From Gammaproteobacteria bacterium (GTDB lineage Bacteria; Pseudomonadota; Gammaproteobacteria; UBA6429; Thiohalophilaceae): 64,000 nucleotides of DNA. Positions 18,280 to 30,100 of this stretch are shown here, piece after piece (the first letter of the stretch is position 1; each line of letters begins with the position of its first letter). The notes below the pieces were generated by a model. The model made no database searches. It was given only the letters and a program-made list of their open reading frames with translations, and was not told the DNA's origin. Location of the stretch: NCBI GenBank assembly GCA_026196045.1, contig JAPHRJ010000042.1:4151-68150 (forward strand), given 5' to 3'. The position numbers and the translations under genes were made by a program.

Positions 18280-18870
18280 ATGTTTGAAGCCCTGATAGCC
18301 ATAACTGTTCTTGCCATCCTGTTTGGATTGTTACTGGGTTTTTCATCTATTCGTTTTAAAGTTGAAGGCGATCCAATTGCCGATCAAATTGATTCTATAT
18401 TACCGCAAACACAGTGTGGCCAATGTGGTTATCCAGGTTGTCGTCCCTACGCCGAAGCCATTGCTAAAGGTAAAGCTCCTATCAATCAATGCCCACCTGG
18501 TGGTGAAGCGGTCATTCATGCCCTGTCTGATCTGCTTGGTGTCGATCCTATACCCTTAGATGAAGAACTTGAAGTCAAAGAAGAAAAAACAGTTGTTGTG
18601 ATCGATGAACAGATCTGTATCGGTTGTACGCTGTGTATTCAGGCCTGTCCGGTTGATGCCATTTTAGGGGCAGCCAAACATATGCATACCGTGATCAAGT
18701 CAGAATGCACCGGTTGCAATCTATGTATTCCTCCATGCCCGGTTGACTGCATCTATATAGTCCCAGCCGAGGAAGGTATAAAAAGCTGGAAGTGGTCAAT
18801 CCCTGAAGCACCACTTGAACATTCGCCAATAGAAATCGTTGCACCTGAAGGGGCTGAAAATGGGATTTAA
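18280..18870 (+). CDS. rnfB: Rnf complex subunit B (Fe-S)
   Basis: N-terminal [15 protein letters not shown], and two ferredoxin motifs, [12 protein letters not shown] and [12 protein letters not shown]. Confidence 0.93.
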   Translation: MFEALIAITVLAILFGLLLGFSSIRFKVEGDPIADQIDSILPQTQCGQCGYPGCRPYAEAIAKGKAPINQCPPGGEAVIHALSDLLGVDPIPLDEELEVKEEKTVVVIDEQICIGCTLCIQACPVDAILGAAKHMHTVIKSECTGCNLCIPPCPVDCIYIVPAEEGIKSWKWSIPEAPLEHSPIEIVAPEGAENGI

Positions 18871-20500
18871 GCTCTGGCAATTCCATGGTGGACTCAGGCT
18901 GCAGGGCCATAAAAAACAGTCCATGCACGAAGCGGTTGTCAAAGCAGCCATTCCTTCAATCCTGGTTCATCCCTTGCAACAACATATCGGTGAACCGGCT
19001 CAAGCTGTTGTTGAAGTTGGTGATCATGTATTAAAAGGTCAACTAATAGCAGACTTCAAAGATCATATTGGCGCACCAGTCCATTCGTCCACATCAGGGT
19101 CAGTAATAGCTATTGAAGAGCGTCTTATCCCTCATGCTTCAGGCTTTAAAGCTCTCTGTATTGTGATCGAAGCTGATGGTAAAGATACCGCCTTTGAATA
19201 CCCCACTTATGATCACACCGAACTGGAAGCAGAACAGCTAAGAGACATTTTACGTGATGCCGGAATTGTTGGACTCGGTGGTGCCGGCTTCCCAACCTAT
19301 GTCAAGTTATATCCGGGCAATAAACACGTCGTTGACACCTTAATTCTTAATGGCGCTGAGTGTGAACCCTACATCACCTGCGATGCCATGTTAATGCAGG
19401 AGCAGCCTAGAAAAATTATCGAAGGGCTGTTAATCATGCAACATGCCCTGCAGGCTCGACATTGTGTCATTGCTATTGAAGATAACAAACGTGCCGCACA
19501 TACCATGTTAGTCAACGCCTTAAAAGAACATGAGGCTGAATGCATCGATATCATTCAAGTACCAACCATCTATCCAACCGGCGGTGAGAAACAACTGATT
19601 AAGATCATCACGGGTAAGGAAATTGCGGCCCGTGCCCGTCCCATTCATAAGGGTGTCCTTTGTCACAATGTTGCAACGGCCGCCGCAACTCGCGATGCTT
19701 TAGATGGTAAGCCACTTATTTCACGTATCATCACGATAACTGGTGACGCTGTTAAACAGCCACGAAATATGGAAGTCCGTCTTGGTACTTCTTTCAAAAC
19801 ATTACTTGATGAATGTGGTATCGACCGTAGTACACCCTACAAACTCATTATGGGTGGTCCCTTAATGGGAACAGCCATCCACAGTGAAGATGTCCCCGTT
19901 ATAAAAACCACAAACTGTATCTTAAGTTTAAAACTGGAAGATTCAAAGATACCGACCATGCCCTGTATTCGTTGTGGTGAATGTGCAAAAGTCTGTCCGG
20001 CAAACTTACTACCACAACAATTATACTGGTATGCCCGCGCAAAAGATTTTGATCGCATTCAGGACTACAATCTATTTGACTGCATTGAATGTGGTTGCTG
20101 TGCCTATGTTTGTCCCAGCAAAATCCCCCTGGTTAATTATTATCGTTTTGCAAAGAATGAAATCTGGACACAGGAACAGGAAAAAGAAAAATCAGATGCC
20201 GCTCGTGAGCGCCATGAGTTCCGACAGTTCAGGATGGAACGTAAGAAAAAAGAAGACGAAGAACGTAAGCGCCTTAAAAAAGAACTGTTGAAAAAAACAA
20301 CGGGTCAGTCTGATGATAAGGATAATAAAAAGGCAGCCATTGAGGCGGCTATGGCCCGAGTTAAAGCTAAAAAAGAACAACAGAAAAAAAATGTCGATGA
20401 CCTGACCGATGCACAAAAAAAGGCCATTGCTGATGTTGATGCACGCCGAAAACAGCCCAAACAAGCAACCAGTGATTCCAACGAATCGTCTGATAAATAA
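18860..20500 (+). CDS. rnfC: Rnf complex subunit C (NADH-binding, Fe-S) with a Lys/Glu-rich C-terminal tail
   Basis: [45 protein letters not shown]. The start is taken at [11 protein letters not shown] (18860), overlapping the rnfB end. Confidence 0.93.
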   Translation: MGFKLWQFHGGLRLQGHKKQSMHEAVVKAAIPSILVHPLQQHIGEPAQAVVEVGDHVLKGQLIADFKDHIGAPVHSSTSGSVIAIEERLIPHASGFKALCIVIEADGKDTAFEYPTYDHTELEAEQLRDILRDAGIVGLGGAGFPTYVKLYPGNKHVVDTLILNGAECEPYITCDAMLMQEQPRKIIEGLLIMQHALQARHCVIAIEDNKRAAHTMLVNALKEHEAECIDIIQVPTIYPTGGEKQLIKIITGKEIAARARPIHKGVLCHNVATAAATRDALDGKPLISRIITITGDAVKQPRNMEVRLGTSFKTLLDECGIDRSTPYKLIMGGPLMGTAIHSEDVPVIKTTNCILSLKLEDSKIPTMPCIRCGECAKVCPANLLPQQLYWYARAKDFDRIQDYNLFDCIECGCCAYVCPSKIPLVNYYRFAKNEIWTQEQEKEKSDAARERHEFRQFRMERKKKEDEERKRLKKELLKKTTGQSDDKDNKKAAIEAAMARVKAKKEQQKKNVDDLTDAQKKAIADVDARRKQPKQATSDSNESSDK

Positions 20501-20512
20501 TAACTAATACTT

Positions 20513-21541
20513 ATGAATAATACACAGTCATCACCCTTTGTTAGTTCGACAAACAGTGTTTCCCGTGTGATGTTGCTGGTTATCCTGGCATTGTTCCCCG
20601 GCATAATAGCCCACATCTACTTCTTTGGCTGGGGACTGATGATTAACATGATCATCGCCATCAACGTTGCGGTTGCCAGTGAAGTCTTGATGTTAAAACT
20701 TCGTCAACGACCAATACTTCCTTTTCTCGCAGATGGTAGCGCAGTGCTTACTGCCATGTTACTCGCCATATCAATTCCCTCGATGGCTCCATGGTGGTTG
20801 ATATTTTTAGGCACCGCCTTTGCCATCATTATCGCAAAACAACTCTATGGTGGCCTGGGCTATAATCCCTTTAATCCTGCCATGGTTGGCTATGCCATGT
20901 TACTTATTGCTTTTCCTCGTGAAATGACCACATGGTTACCTCCAACTGGAGAGGCACTCAGTTTTACCGAGCTATTAAACTACAGTCTGTTTGAAATCCT
21001 GCCTGCTGGACAGAGCCTTGACAGTATCAGTATGGCCACGCCACTGGATATCGTTAAAACTCAAACAGCACTGGAACTGTCCCTGACAGAGATCGGACAA
21101 CAGTTCCAACATGTTTCTGGTGCAGTTGCTGGACAGGGTTGGGAATGGGTAAACATGATGTTCCTCGTTGGAGGACTCTTCCTCATGGCAAAGCGAACTA
21201 TTAGCTGGCATATCCCGGTCGCTTTCCTGAGCAGTCTCTTTATTTGTAGTCTGCTCTACCAACTTAGTGACCCGGCTGCTCACGCTTCTCCACTGTTCCA
21301 TTTATTTAGTGGTGCCACCATGTTGGGTGCATTTTTTATCGCCACGGATCCTATCACGGCATCAACAACAGTACGTGGAAAACTCATATTTGGTGCAGGC
21401 ATTGGTGCACTGATCTTTATTATTCGAACCTGGGGTGGTTATCCAGATGCGATTGCCTTTGCCGTACTGTTAATGAATACCGCGGTGCCGACCATTGACT
21501 ATTACACTCAGCCCCGTGTTTTTGGTCATAAGGACGATTGA
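20513..21541 (+). CDS. rnfD: Rnf complex subunit D
   Basis: 342-aa polytopic membrane protein with NPAMVGY and the FMN-attachment-type motif FFIATDPITASTT. Confidence 0.93.
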   Translation: MNNTQSSPFVSSTNSVSRVMLLVILALFPGIIAHIYFFGWGLMINMIIAINVAVASEVLMLKLRQRPILPFLADGSAVLTAMLLAISIPSMAPWWLIFLGTAFAIIIAKQLYGGLGYNPFNPAMVGYAMLLIAFPREMTTWLPPTGEALSFTELLNYSLFEILPAGQSLDSISMATPLDIVKTQTALELSLTEIGQQFQHVSGAVAGQGWEWVNMMFLVGGLFLMAKRTISWHIPVAFLSSLFICSLLYQLSDPAAHASPLFHLFSGATMLGAFFIATDPITASTTVRGKLIFGAGIGALIFIIRTWGGYPDAIAFAVLLMNTAVPTIDYYTQPRVFGHKDD

Positions 21542-21543
21542 GC

Positions 21544-22206
21544 ATGGATCTGATCAAAAACATGAGCATCAGTGCTATCCTGCTAGGACTATTTGCTATC
21601 GTTGGTACGGCACTGGTCAGTCTGACCTATATAAACACCGCTGATCGTATTGCAGAAAACCATCGCAATATGTTGTTACGAAGCCTGCATGAATTAATTA
21701 CCCCAGATCAACATGACAATGATCTGTTTGCCGATACAGTTGAAGTCGTTGAGCCAGCCCTTCTTGGTACAAAAAGGCCTGTTACTATCTATCGTGCTCG
21801 TATGAATAAGCAACCGGTTGCCGCTATTATTAATAGTATCGCACCGGATGGTTATAGTGGAGATATTCATCTGCTTGTGGCTGTTTATACAACAGGTAAA
21901 CTGGCTGGCGTGCGAGTGGTTAAACACAAGGAAACTCCCGGGCTGGGAGATGCCATAGAGACCTCACGCGGTGACTGGATACTCGGTTTTGCTAACCACT
22001 CTTTAACCTCTCCAGAACAAAGTGGGTGGGCGGTTAAACGCGATGGCGGTATTTTTGACCAGTTTACCGGCGCAACAGTTACACCCCGAGCCATTGTGAA
22101 AGCGGTATACAATAGCCTGCTTTATTTTAAGGCCAACCAGAAAACTATTTTTAAATCCGTAGAGCATTCCAGCGATAAGGATACTGATACCCATGAGCAC
22201 AACTAG
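21544..22206 (+). CDS. rnfG: Rnf complex subunit G
   Basis: Single N-terminal TM, ETPGLGD, and [13 protein letters not shown] (FMN-binding motif). The ATG at 21544 lies directly after the rnfD stop. Confidence 0.9.
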   Translation: MDLIKNMSISAILLGLFAIVGTALVSLTYINTADRIAENHRNMLLRSLHELITPDQHDNDLFADTVEVVEPALLGTKRPVTIYRARMNKQPVAAIINSIAPDGYSGDIHLLVAVYTTGKLAGVRVVKHKETPGLGDAIETSRGDWILGFANHSLTSPEQSGWAVKRDGGIFDQFTGATVTPRAIVKAVYNSLLYFKANQKTIFKSVEHSSDKDTDTHEHN

Positions 22207-22885
22207 TTACTCCGATATTGTCCACCAGGGTTTGTGGAAAAATAATGCGGCCTTTGTTCAGTTACTCGGGCTATGTCCACTACTGGCCATCAGTAATACT
22301 ATTGTTAATAGTCTGGGACTGGGCCTGGCCACGACACTGACCTTGATCAGTTCCAATGTTACAGTTTCATTAATCAGGCACTGGGTTCGACCTGAAATTC
22401 GCATCCCGGTTTTTGTCCTTATTATTTCATCAGTTGTCACCGTGATTGAACTTAGCATGAATGCCTGGTTCCATGAACTTTATAAAATACTCGGTATCTT
22501 CATTCCTTTAATTGTGACTAACTGTGCCATTATCGCTCGAGCCGAAGCTTTTGCATCTAAAAACACAGTCCCTCACGCTTTTGCTGATGGCCTGTTCATG
22601 GGCCTGGGGTTCACCGTTGTTCTGGTGTTATTAGGCGCCATGCGTGAAGCTATTGGCTTTGGCACTCTGTTTCAGCAGATTGAACTCATGTTTGGTGAAG
22701 GGGCAACATGGCTGACTATCACTCTGGTTGATGACTATCGTGGTTACCTTCTGGCCATCCTTCCTCCTGGGGCCTTCTTAGGATTGGGATTTTTAATCGC
22801 CTTAAAAAACGTTATTGATAAACGCATCGGAAAAAAAGCATCACAAACCGTTACTCTTGCCAGAGCAAGCACTGAAAACGCTTAA
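22193..22885 (+). CDS. rnfE: Rnf complex subunit E
   Basis: [20 protein letters not shown]...[18 protein letters not shown]. It is a paralogue of RnfA. Confidence 0.93.
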   Translation: MSTTSYSDIVHQGLWKNNAAFVQLLGLCPLLAISNTIVNSLGLGLATTLTLISSNVTVSLIRHWVRPEIRIPVFVLIISSVVTVIELSMNAWFHELYKILGIFIPLIVTNCAIIARAEAFASKNTVPHAFADGLFMGLGFTVVLVLLGAMREAIGFGTLFQQIELMFGEGATWLTITLVDDYRGYLLAILPPGAFLGLGFLIALKNVIDKRIGKKASQTVTLARASTENA

Positions 22886-22886
22886 G

Positions 22887-23522
22887 ATGAATAAAGACAA
22901 GCGAACTCAAATATTCACTCGCCTTAAAACCCACAATCCAGAACCCACCACCGAACTTAATTATAGAAATCCTTTTGAGTTATTAATTGCAGTGATCCTG
23001 TCAGCCCAGGCCACTGATAAAGGTGTCAATAAAGCAACGGATGAATTATTCAAAGTTGCAAACACAGCTGAAAAAATTCTGGCATTAAAAGAATCGGGTC
23101 TGAAGAAATATATCAAAACCATTGGGCTGTTTAATACCAAGGCCAAAAATATAATCAGGACCTGTAAGATTTTGATTGAGGAACATGATAGTGAAATCCC
23201 TGAAGATAGAGCGGCTCTGGAAGCCTTACCAGGTGTCGGCCGAAAAACGGCAAATGTTGTTTTGAATACTGCTTTTGGACACCCAACGATTGCTGTGGAT
23301 ACTCATATTTTTCGGGTTTCTAATCGTACAGGAATTGCCCCCGGTAAAAATGTCGTGGAAGTAGAGAAGCGACTGTTACGACTGGTACCAGAAGAATTCA
23401 AACAGGATGCTCATCACTGGTTAATATTGCATGGACGTTATACCTGTATTGCCAGAAAACCACGCTGTGGTTCCTGTATTATTGAAGATCTATGTGAATT
23501 CAAAGACAAACCCCTGGACTAA
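22887..23522 (+). CDS. nth: Endonuclease III
   Basis: FELLIAVILSAQATD, the HhH-GPD loop LPGVGRKTANVVL, and the C-terminal 4Fe-4S cluster CIARKPRCGSCIIEDLC. It lies immediately after rnfE, as in the E. coli rsx-nth operon. Confidence 0.95.
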   Translation: MNKDKRTQIFTRLKTHNPEPTTELNYRNPFELLIAVILSAQATDKGVNKATDELFKVANTAEKILALKESGLKKYIKTIGLFNTKAKNIIRTCKILIEEHDSEIPEDRAALEALPGVGRKTANVVLNTAFGHPTIAVDTHIFRVSNRTGIAPGKNVVEVEKRLLRLVPEEFKQDAHHWLILHGRYTCIARKPRCGSCIIEDLCEFKDKPLD

Positions 23523-23542
23523 TCTCCGTAAAATCAGCCGCT

Positions 23543-24169
23543 ATGTTTCAAACTGCCTTAACACAACAAATTTCTGCCGGCATTATCTGTGCACTGATAT
23601 TTATTCTTGTTTCTTATCTTGTAAACAAACGCCTGACCGCAAACACACTGAATCTGGATAAATACCTGATTACCCTTTATGCCACTACCGTTTTCCTCCT
23701 GGCCGTCATCTGTGAAGTGGGAGTAAATACTATTTATACTGGCTTCATTGGTGAACAACTATGGCAGTACCACATTATGCCGCGACATGGTGGAGATATT
23801 TCCCTGATGGCACCATTACTCTGGTCAGCTTATGGAGTACACCTCTATTTTGTAGAACAAACCTATGGGCTACGACTACCCGCTTTTCTTAAACGATATA
23901 AAGCCACAGCTTTACTACATGGCTTTGATGCACCCTTGATATTTGAGGTTTCCGGTAACCTGATCTTCCTGGCACTACTTGGGCAATATTATGCCTATTA
24001 CCTGCCGGGTGATTTATTTCATCTGACATCTTTACGCGTTATACCAATATATATCGTTTGTATTTTCATTGGACTATTAGTTTTACACTGGCTTGAAAAG
24101 CAACGTCGTCATTGGACAATTCCTGCTGGTTTATTTTCCAGTGGTGTTGTGTTTTTAGCGCTTGCCTGA
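23543..24169 (+). CDS. Hypothetical polytopic membrane protein
   Basis: 208 aa with about 5-6 hydrophobic segments. I cannot assign a family with confidence. Confidence 0.55.
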   Translation: MFQTALTQQISAGIICALIFILVSYLVNKRLTANTLNLDKYLITLYATTVFLLAVICEVGVNTIYTGFIGEQLWQYHIMPRHGGDISLMAPLLWSAYGVHLYFVEQTYGLRLPAFLKRYKATALLHGFDAPLIFEVSGNLIFLALLGQYYAYYLPGDLFHLTSLRVIPIYIVCIFIGLLVLHWLEKQRRHWTIPAGLFSSGVVFLALA

Positions 24170-24233
24170 TTCCATCGTCAGCTCTATAGTCATCAGGACT
24201 ACCAACAAAATATTAGATAGATAGAGTAAGCTT

Positions 24234-24659
24234 ATGTTTGGTCAAGATAGAAACGCCATGAGACAGGTATTTTTTGATGCCTGGCAGCGAGCGAAAAACA
24301 AACAATTATTAGAGCCTTTACAGGCATTGATTGTTGGCATCATAGAACAGCATCCAGAATATCATGCCATTTTTGAGAATGCGGATAGCACACTTGATAA
24401 GGACTTTAATCCAGACATGGGTGAAACCAATCCTTTTCTACACCTGTCCATGCATCTGGCAATTCAGGAACAAATTGGTAGCCAACGGCCACACAATATT
24501 GCTGAGCTATACCAACAGTTATCAACAAAATGTGGTGATGCCCATCAGGCCCAACATAAAATAATGGAGTGTCTCTCAGAAATGATCTGGCAGGCTCAAA
24601 AAAATCAAACCGAGTTTGACGAGAATATTTATCTGTCCTGTATTCAGAAACAGCTTTAA
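24234..24659 (+). CDS. DUF1841 family protein
   Basis: HPEYHAIFEN...GETNPFLHLSMHLAIQEQ...IMECLSEMIWQAQ matches my recollection of DUF1841 proteins. Confidence 0.7.
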   Translation: MFGQDRNAMRQVFFDAWQRAKNKQLLEPLQALIVGIIEQHPEYHAIFENADSTLDKDFNPDMGETNPFLHLSMHLAIQEQIGSQRPHNIAELYQQLSTKCGDAHQAQHKIMECLSEMIWQAQKNQTEFDENIYLSCIQKQL

Positions 24660-24686
24660 TAAGAAACTTTATAAATAGGGCAGACA

Positions 24687-24709
24687 GTCAGGCTCATAAT
24701 GAGCCTGAC
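24687..24709. terminator. Hairpin between the convergent DUF1841 gene and argG
   Basis: gtcaggctca-taa-tgagcctgac is a perfect 10-bp stem. There is no strong T tract on either side. Confidence 0.45.
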
Positions 24710-24722
24710 CTGGACTTTGTAA

Positions 24723-25931
24723 TTACTTTTTACGCGCAGCAATACGCATACGCAAGGCATTCAGTTTAATAAAGCCTTCCGCATCTTTTTGATTATAGGC
24801 ACCGGCATCATCTTCAAAAGTTGCAATGCTCTCATCAAACAGGCTATCTGACTCTGACTGACGACCTTCTACAATCACGTTGCCTTTGTAGAGTTTTAGA
24901 CGCACGTTACCATTTACCGTTTCCTGTGAAGCATCGATCATTTTCTGCAGCATTAATCTTTCAGGAGACCACCAGTAACCGTTGTAGATCATAGAGGCAT
25001 AACGTGGCATGAGCTCATCTTTTAAGTGGGCCACTTCACGATCCAGCGTTAAGGATTCCATTGCACGATGGGCTTTTAACAGAATGGTACCTGCTGGTGT
25101 TTCATAACAACCGCGGGACTTCATACCAACATAACGGTTTTCAACAATATCATCACGGCCAATTCCGTTTTCACCACCCAGCCTGTTCAAAGTTTCCATA
25201 ACGGTTGCTGGAGACATGTCTTTACCATCGATAGCAACCACATCCCCTTTCTTAAAAGATAACTCGATCACTGTCGGAACATCCGGTGCTGTTTCCGGTG
25301 AAACAGACCAACGCCACATATCATCCTCAGGCCCGTGCCAGGGATCTTCAAGCACACCACCTTCATAGGAAATATGCAGTAGATTGGCATCCATGGAATA
25401 AGGAGATTTTTTACCTTTGTTAAAATCGACAGGAATGCCGTGTTGCTCGGCATAAGTCATCAGTTTTTCACGTGAATTCAAATCCCATTCACGCCAGGGA
25501 GCAATAATTTTTACATCCGGTTTCAATGCATAGGCACCCAGTTCAAATCGAACCTGGTCGTTACCCTTACCAGTCGCACCATGAGAAATAGCATGGGCTC
25601 CCGTTTCGTTGGCAATTTCAACCAGACGTTTGGAAATCAGCGGACGAGCAATAGAGGTACCCAGCAGATATTCGCCCTCATAGATGGTATTGGCGCGGAA
25701 CATGGGGAACACGTAGTCACGAGCAAAATCTTCACGCAGGTCTTCGATATAGATTTCCTTCACACCCATGGCTTCAGCCTTGGCTCGTGCCGGTTCGACT
25801 TCCTCACCCTGACCAATATCTGCGGTAAAGGTCACGACTTCACAGTCATAAGTATCTCTCAACCACTTCAGAATAATTGAAGTATCCAGACCACCAGAAT
25901 AGGCCAGCACGACTTTATTGATTTTGCTCAT
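24723..25931 (-). CDS. argG: Argininosuccinate synthase
   Basis: [29 protein letters not shown], 402 aa. Confidence 0.97.
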   Translation of the reverse strand: MSKINKVVLAYSGGLDTSIILKWLRDTYDCEVVTFTADIGQGEEVEPARAKAEAMGVKEIYIEDLREDFARDYVFPMFRANTIYEGEYLLGTSIARPLISKRLVEIANETGAHAISHGATGKGNDQVRFELGAYALKPDVKIIAPWREWDLNSREKLMTYAEQHGIPVDFNKGKKSPYSMDANLLHISYEGGVLEDPWHGPEDDMWRWSVSPETAPDVPTVIELSFKKGDVVAIDGKDMSPATVMETLNRLGGENGIGRDDIVENRYVGMKSRGCYETPAGTILLKAHRAMESLTLDREVAHLKDELMPRYASMIYNGYWWSPERLMLQKMIDASQETVNGNVRLKLYKGNVIVEGRQSESDSLFDESIATFEDDAGAYNQKDAEGFIKLNALRMRIAARKK

Positions 25932-26002
25932 AATAAATACCAGATTTCAAAATACGTGGAAAAACAGGCGGGAATTATACAGGAAAAAACGGGAAAGAGT
26001 TG

Positions 26003-26086
26003 TAGTTGTAGATTGGGCTGAGGGACGAGGCCCAGCACAAGAAACTTTGATGACAATTTAACTGTTGGGCTTCGTCCCTCAGCCCA
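26003..26086. repeat. REP-like element: 21-bp inverted repeat with a 31-nt loop, just downstream of the MotY-like gene
   Basis: tgggctgagggacgaggccca (26014-26034) pairs with tgggcttcgtccctcagccca (26066-26086) with one G:T position. The leader tagttgtagattgggctg (26003-26020) recurs at 52239-52256. Confidence 0.7.
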
Positions 26087-26098
26087 GGCTACTGAAGC

Positions 26099-26977
26099 CT
26101 AGCGACTCAGCTGAACCTCTACCCGGCGGTTCTTTTTACGCCCTGCTGCGGTACGGTTACTGAATTTGGCTTCCAGCTCATTATGGGCAACCACTTTGAT
26201 TTTACTGGCCTTAATACCATTCTCCACAAAATATTTCTTAACCGCATTGGCTCGAGCACGAGCAACCTTGATGTTAACCCGTTGCAGTCCCTTACTATCG
26301 GTATACCCGTCTATTCTTACACTGCGTACGCTCGGATCAGCCTTCATATATCTGATCATCCTGTCCAGTTCCAGTTTGGCGCTACTGTTCGGCTCGATCT
26401 GACCTTTAGCATAAAGAATTACATTCTGTTTGATATCGGTGAAATTAACTTTCAGTAAGCCCTGTTCACAGTCCTGGAATTCATCCCAGGCTGAATTAAA
26501 ATTCATGCCCAGAATCCGTACTGAAATCTCGTCCGTTTCATCGGACCAGTCACGGTACTTCAGGTGTAAATCCATGCCTTCCTGGAGTTCAGCGACCATT
26601 CGAGTCGCCCATGAGTTACTCAGATAAAACGGACTTCTACCCTGAATAACCGGTACAGAACCAAAGTTCCTGGCAAAGGAAAAATGTTTCCATTCTGGAG
26701 GTAATGACTGCAGTCGAGCTTCACCGGGCCTGGTCGCCGGCTGATTTACATTGACGACAAATTCCAGCTCACTTTTGATTTTACGTAGAAATACGGCTTC
26801 ACCATAAACAGAAATTTCATGCACCATCCGACAGACCACCGGCGAGGACTCCACGTACCAGCGAGCTTCTTCAAGCGTGGCTTTATGGAACTGGTATCCA
26901 GCCCATAGCGGTGGATTCAGGCACAGCGTGCTCAAAATAAATATGAGAAGTAATGATGAACGCATTTTTCCAGACAT
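26099..26977 (-). CDS. MotY-like protein (N-terminal MotY-type domain plus C-terminal OmpA/peptidoglycan-binding domain)
   Basis: ARWYVESSPVVCRMVHEISVYGEAVF, PPEWKHF, and YRDW...F.DC...LL are collinear with my recollection of Vibrio MotY. The C-terminus has OmpA_C motifs (GYTDS...RARANAVKKYF...NRRVEVQL). The start is uncertain (26977 or 26965) and a signal peptide is present. Confidence 0.65.
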   Translation of the reverse strand: MSGKMRSSLLLIFILSTLCLNPPLWAGYQFHKATLEEARWYVESSPVVCRMVHEISVYGEAVFLRKIKSELEFVVNVNQPATRPGEARLQSLPPEWKHFSFARNFGSVPVIQGRSPFYLSNSWATRMVAELQEGMDLHLKYRDWSDETDEISVRILGMNFNSAWDEFQDCEQGLLKVNFTDIKQNVILYAKGQIEPNSSAKLELDRMIRYMKADPSVRSVRIDGYTDSKGLQRVNIKVARARANAVKKYFVENGIKASKIKVVAHNELEAKFSNRTAAGRKKNRRVEVQLSR

Positions 26978-27121
26978 ACCTCGGAAAATGCAAAGGTCGT
27001 ACCAGAATTGGAGAGAATAGAAGATAACGAGAGAAAAACACTTCAACGCAAAGACGCGGAGCTTGCAAAGAATTAATAAAGATAATCTTTGCGCATTCTG
27101 CGCCTTTGCGTTAGTAAGCTT

Positions 27122-30100
27122 TTATTTTTTCCTGCGCTTCTCAGCACGACGCAGGCGAGAACTCAGGCGACGAGCCAGTTCACCGAACAACTCAGTCTGA
27201 GTTGGGTGAGGATGTATCGCATTGCCGACCTGTTCCAGTGTCATATCACCAGAAACCATCATTACGCCTTCACCAATCAACGTATCTGCATGATCTGCAA
27301 GGAAATGTACGCCAATAACACGGTGAGAAACCTTGTCGGCCACAATCTTGATCAGGCCGTGGATTTCATTGGTAATCATGGCCTTGGCGTCGATATTCAT
27401 CGGTACTTTGACTTCAACCGCATCAATACCTTTAGCTTTGGCCTGATCAACAGAGAGACCAACAAAAGCCGCTTCGGGACGAGTAAAGATCACACCAGAA
27501 TCTTTGTCCTGATCATAAACCATGTCTTCACCGGCAATCGTGCAGGCCGCGACTCGGCCCTGCTGACCTGCGGTGTGCGCAAGCATCAGGCCACCGATAA
27601 CATCACCCACGGCAAAGATATGTGGTACCGAGGTGCGGCAACGATTGTCCGCCTTGATGACACCTTTTTCCGTTTCAACGCCGGCTTTGTCCAGAGCCAG
27701 AGGTTCAAGTACCGGACGTTTACCGGTAGCCATGATGACGTAATCACAACTGAACGTATGATCCTTATCATCACTACCGCCATAAACGATTTTCATCGCA
27801 CCGGGCTTGCCCTTGATTTCTTTAACCGTCGCGCCGGCTTCAATGGTCAGACGAGGATCATCATTAAGGACAGCGGTCAGCTGTTTGGCGATTTCAGGCT
27901 CCACTTCAGCAAGGATACGTTCGTTACCTTCAAGAAGCAGGACGTTAGCACCGAAATCCTGGAAAATCTGTGCCATTTCGACGCCGATCGCACCACCACC
28001 AATCACACCTAATCGTTTAGGAGCAGCTTTCAATCCCCAGACAGTATCTGAAGTCAGTACGCCACCAGCTTCAACCCCATCAAGGGCACCAGGGATAGGG
28101 GGAACAAATGGCGGTGCACCAGTCGCGATAACCGCACCGGCAAATGTTACGTTCTTAACTTTGGAACCATCACCGGGAATTGCACGAGTATGTGGATCGT
28201 CCTGATTACCGCCTGTATCAATCGCAATCGTGTGATCGTCAACAAAACGAGCAAAACCCTGGATCACATCAATCTTCACACCTTTATCGGTGTTCAGTGC
28301 CATTCCACCGCGCTTCTCTAGAACGCCACGGCGAGTTTTTTCCATCTTGGCCCAGTCGAGTGTCGGCTTGTTAGTGCCTTTAACACCCAGATGTTCATCA
28401 TGAGCACGATCACGAATACGATCGGCCGCTGCCCGCCAGGCTTTGGACGGTATACAACCACGCCACAGACATTCACCACCGGGGAACGGAGCATCGTTAA
28501 TCATGGCCACTTTATATCCGTGTTCTTTCAAATCACGGGCACAATCTTCACCGCCAGGGCCACCGCCAATGACAACGACATCATAGTCGTAGTTACCTTC
28601 TGGCAGTTTAAAATCAAAGCTGGCTGTTTGAGGAGCCGCCACGGCTGCTGGTGCTGACGCATCCAGCCAGGTTGGGCTTTCAACCAGTCCTTTAAATGTA
28701 TTCAGGAATTTAGCGGCATCGGCACCATTAACAATACGATGATCCGCTGTAATGGTGATCGGCATACCCTGAGGTCCCAGAGTAGAAATCGCAAAAATTG
28801 CTGAAGTACCCGGAGATGGAATCGCATCAAACTGTGCAACTCCCATCATGCCCATATTAGAAATGGTAAACGTGGGATTAGAGTATTCTTCTGGTTTCAG
28901 TCGACGGGCACGAGCACGATCGACCAGATCTTTCCAGTTAGCCGACAGATCACCTAAATCACGGTTAGACGCATCGCGCAGTACTGGTACGACCAGACCC
29001 ATGCCGTCGGTTTCTACCGCCAGACCAACATCGACATGTTCGCGTTCTATGATCCGATCTTCGTGCTGATATACCGCATTGATAATAGGATGTTTATCAA
29101 TCGCCAATGCCGCTGCTTTAGCCAGCGTAACAGTGAGTGAAAAACCTTTGGCTTTGGATGCCGCTTTCAATGCTGATGGATCGATATTCACCGTCACGCG
29201 GAACAGGGGCATGGAGAGTGAATATTCCATATTGTGCGCAACCGCTTTTTCCATAGCCGTCATTGGACGACCTTCACCCGCTACCTGGAAAATACGCTGA
29301 GTTGAGGTCTTCTGCACATTACTGTTCATCACGTCAGCCGCGATGATACTGCCATCAGCACCGGTTCCGGTGATGGAATTCAGATCAATACCATGTGCTC
29401 CGGCCAGTTGTCGTGCATACGGTGTGGCACTACCACTGCGTGGACGCGGTGCAGGTGTCGCACCATGTGGCATGGCTGGAATTTTGGTTTTGTGTTTAAC
29501 CGTACCGGAAGGTATCGCCTTCACTGGAGTCGCCGTATCTGCTGTCGAAGCGGCCGCACTGGCTGATTTTGTGGTGTTCAACACATGTCCCGCTTCCGGA
29601 ACCAGATACGCAATAGGTTCTCCAACTGGAATGACCGCATCAACCTCGGCCATCGGTCCAGAAAGATAGCCTTCACGGAAAACTTCCACGTCCATAATGG
29701 CTTTATCGGTTTCAATCTGGGCAACGACATCGCCACGTTCAACCTTGTCGCCAATTTCTTTTTCCCAGCTGACCAGCACACCTTCGGTCATGGTGTCAGA
29801 CAACTGAGGCATTTTAACTGGGTGAGCATCGGCTGGAGCTTCATCGACAGGCGCAACACTTTCTTCTACCACTTCTTCAGAAATGGCTTCCACTGGTGCT
29901 GCGGCTGGAGCAACTCCTTCCTGCTGTACCTCATCGGCACTCGCAACAAGATAAGCAATTGCATCACCCACGGGAACGGTTGCATCAACTTCGATCATTG
30001 GACCCGACAAATAGCCTTCACGGAAGACTTCTACATCCATGATGGCCTTATCAGTTTCAATGGTTGCGACAATTTCACCACGTTCAACTTTGTCGCCAAT

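Noticed and set aside
27089-28012. A 307-aa ORF on the plus strand
   Set aside because: It lies entirely antisense to the E3 part of the E2-E3 gene, whose frame carries unmistakable flavoprotein motifs. The antisense translation is low-complexity with no recognisable motifs. It is a shadow ORF.
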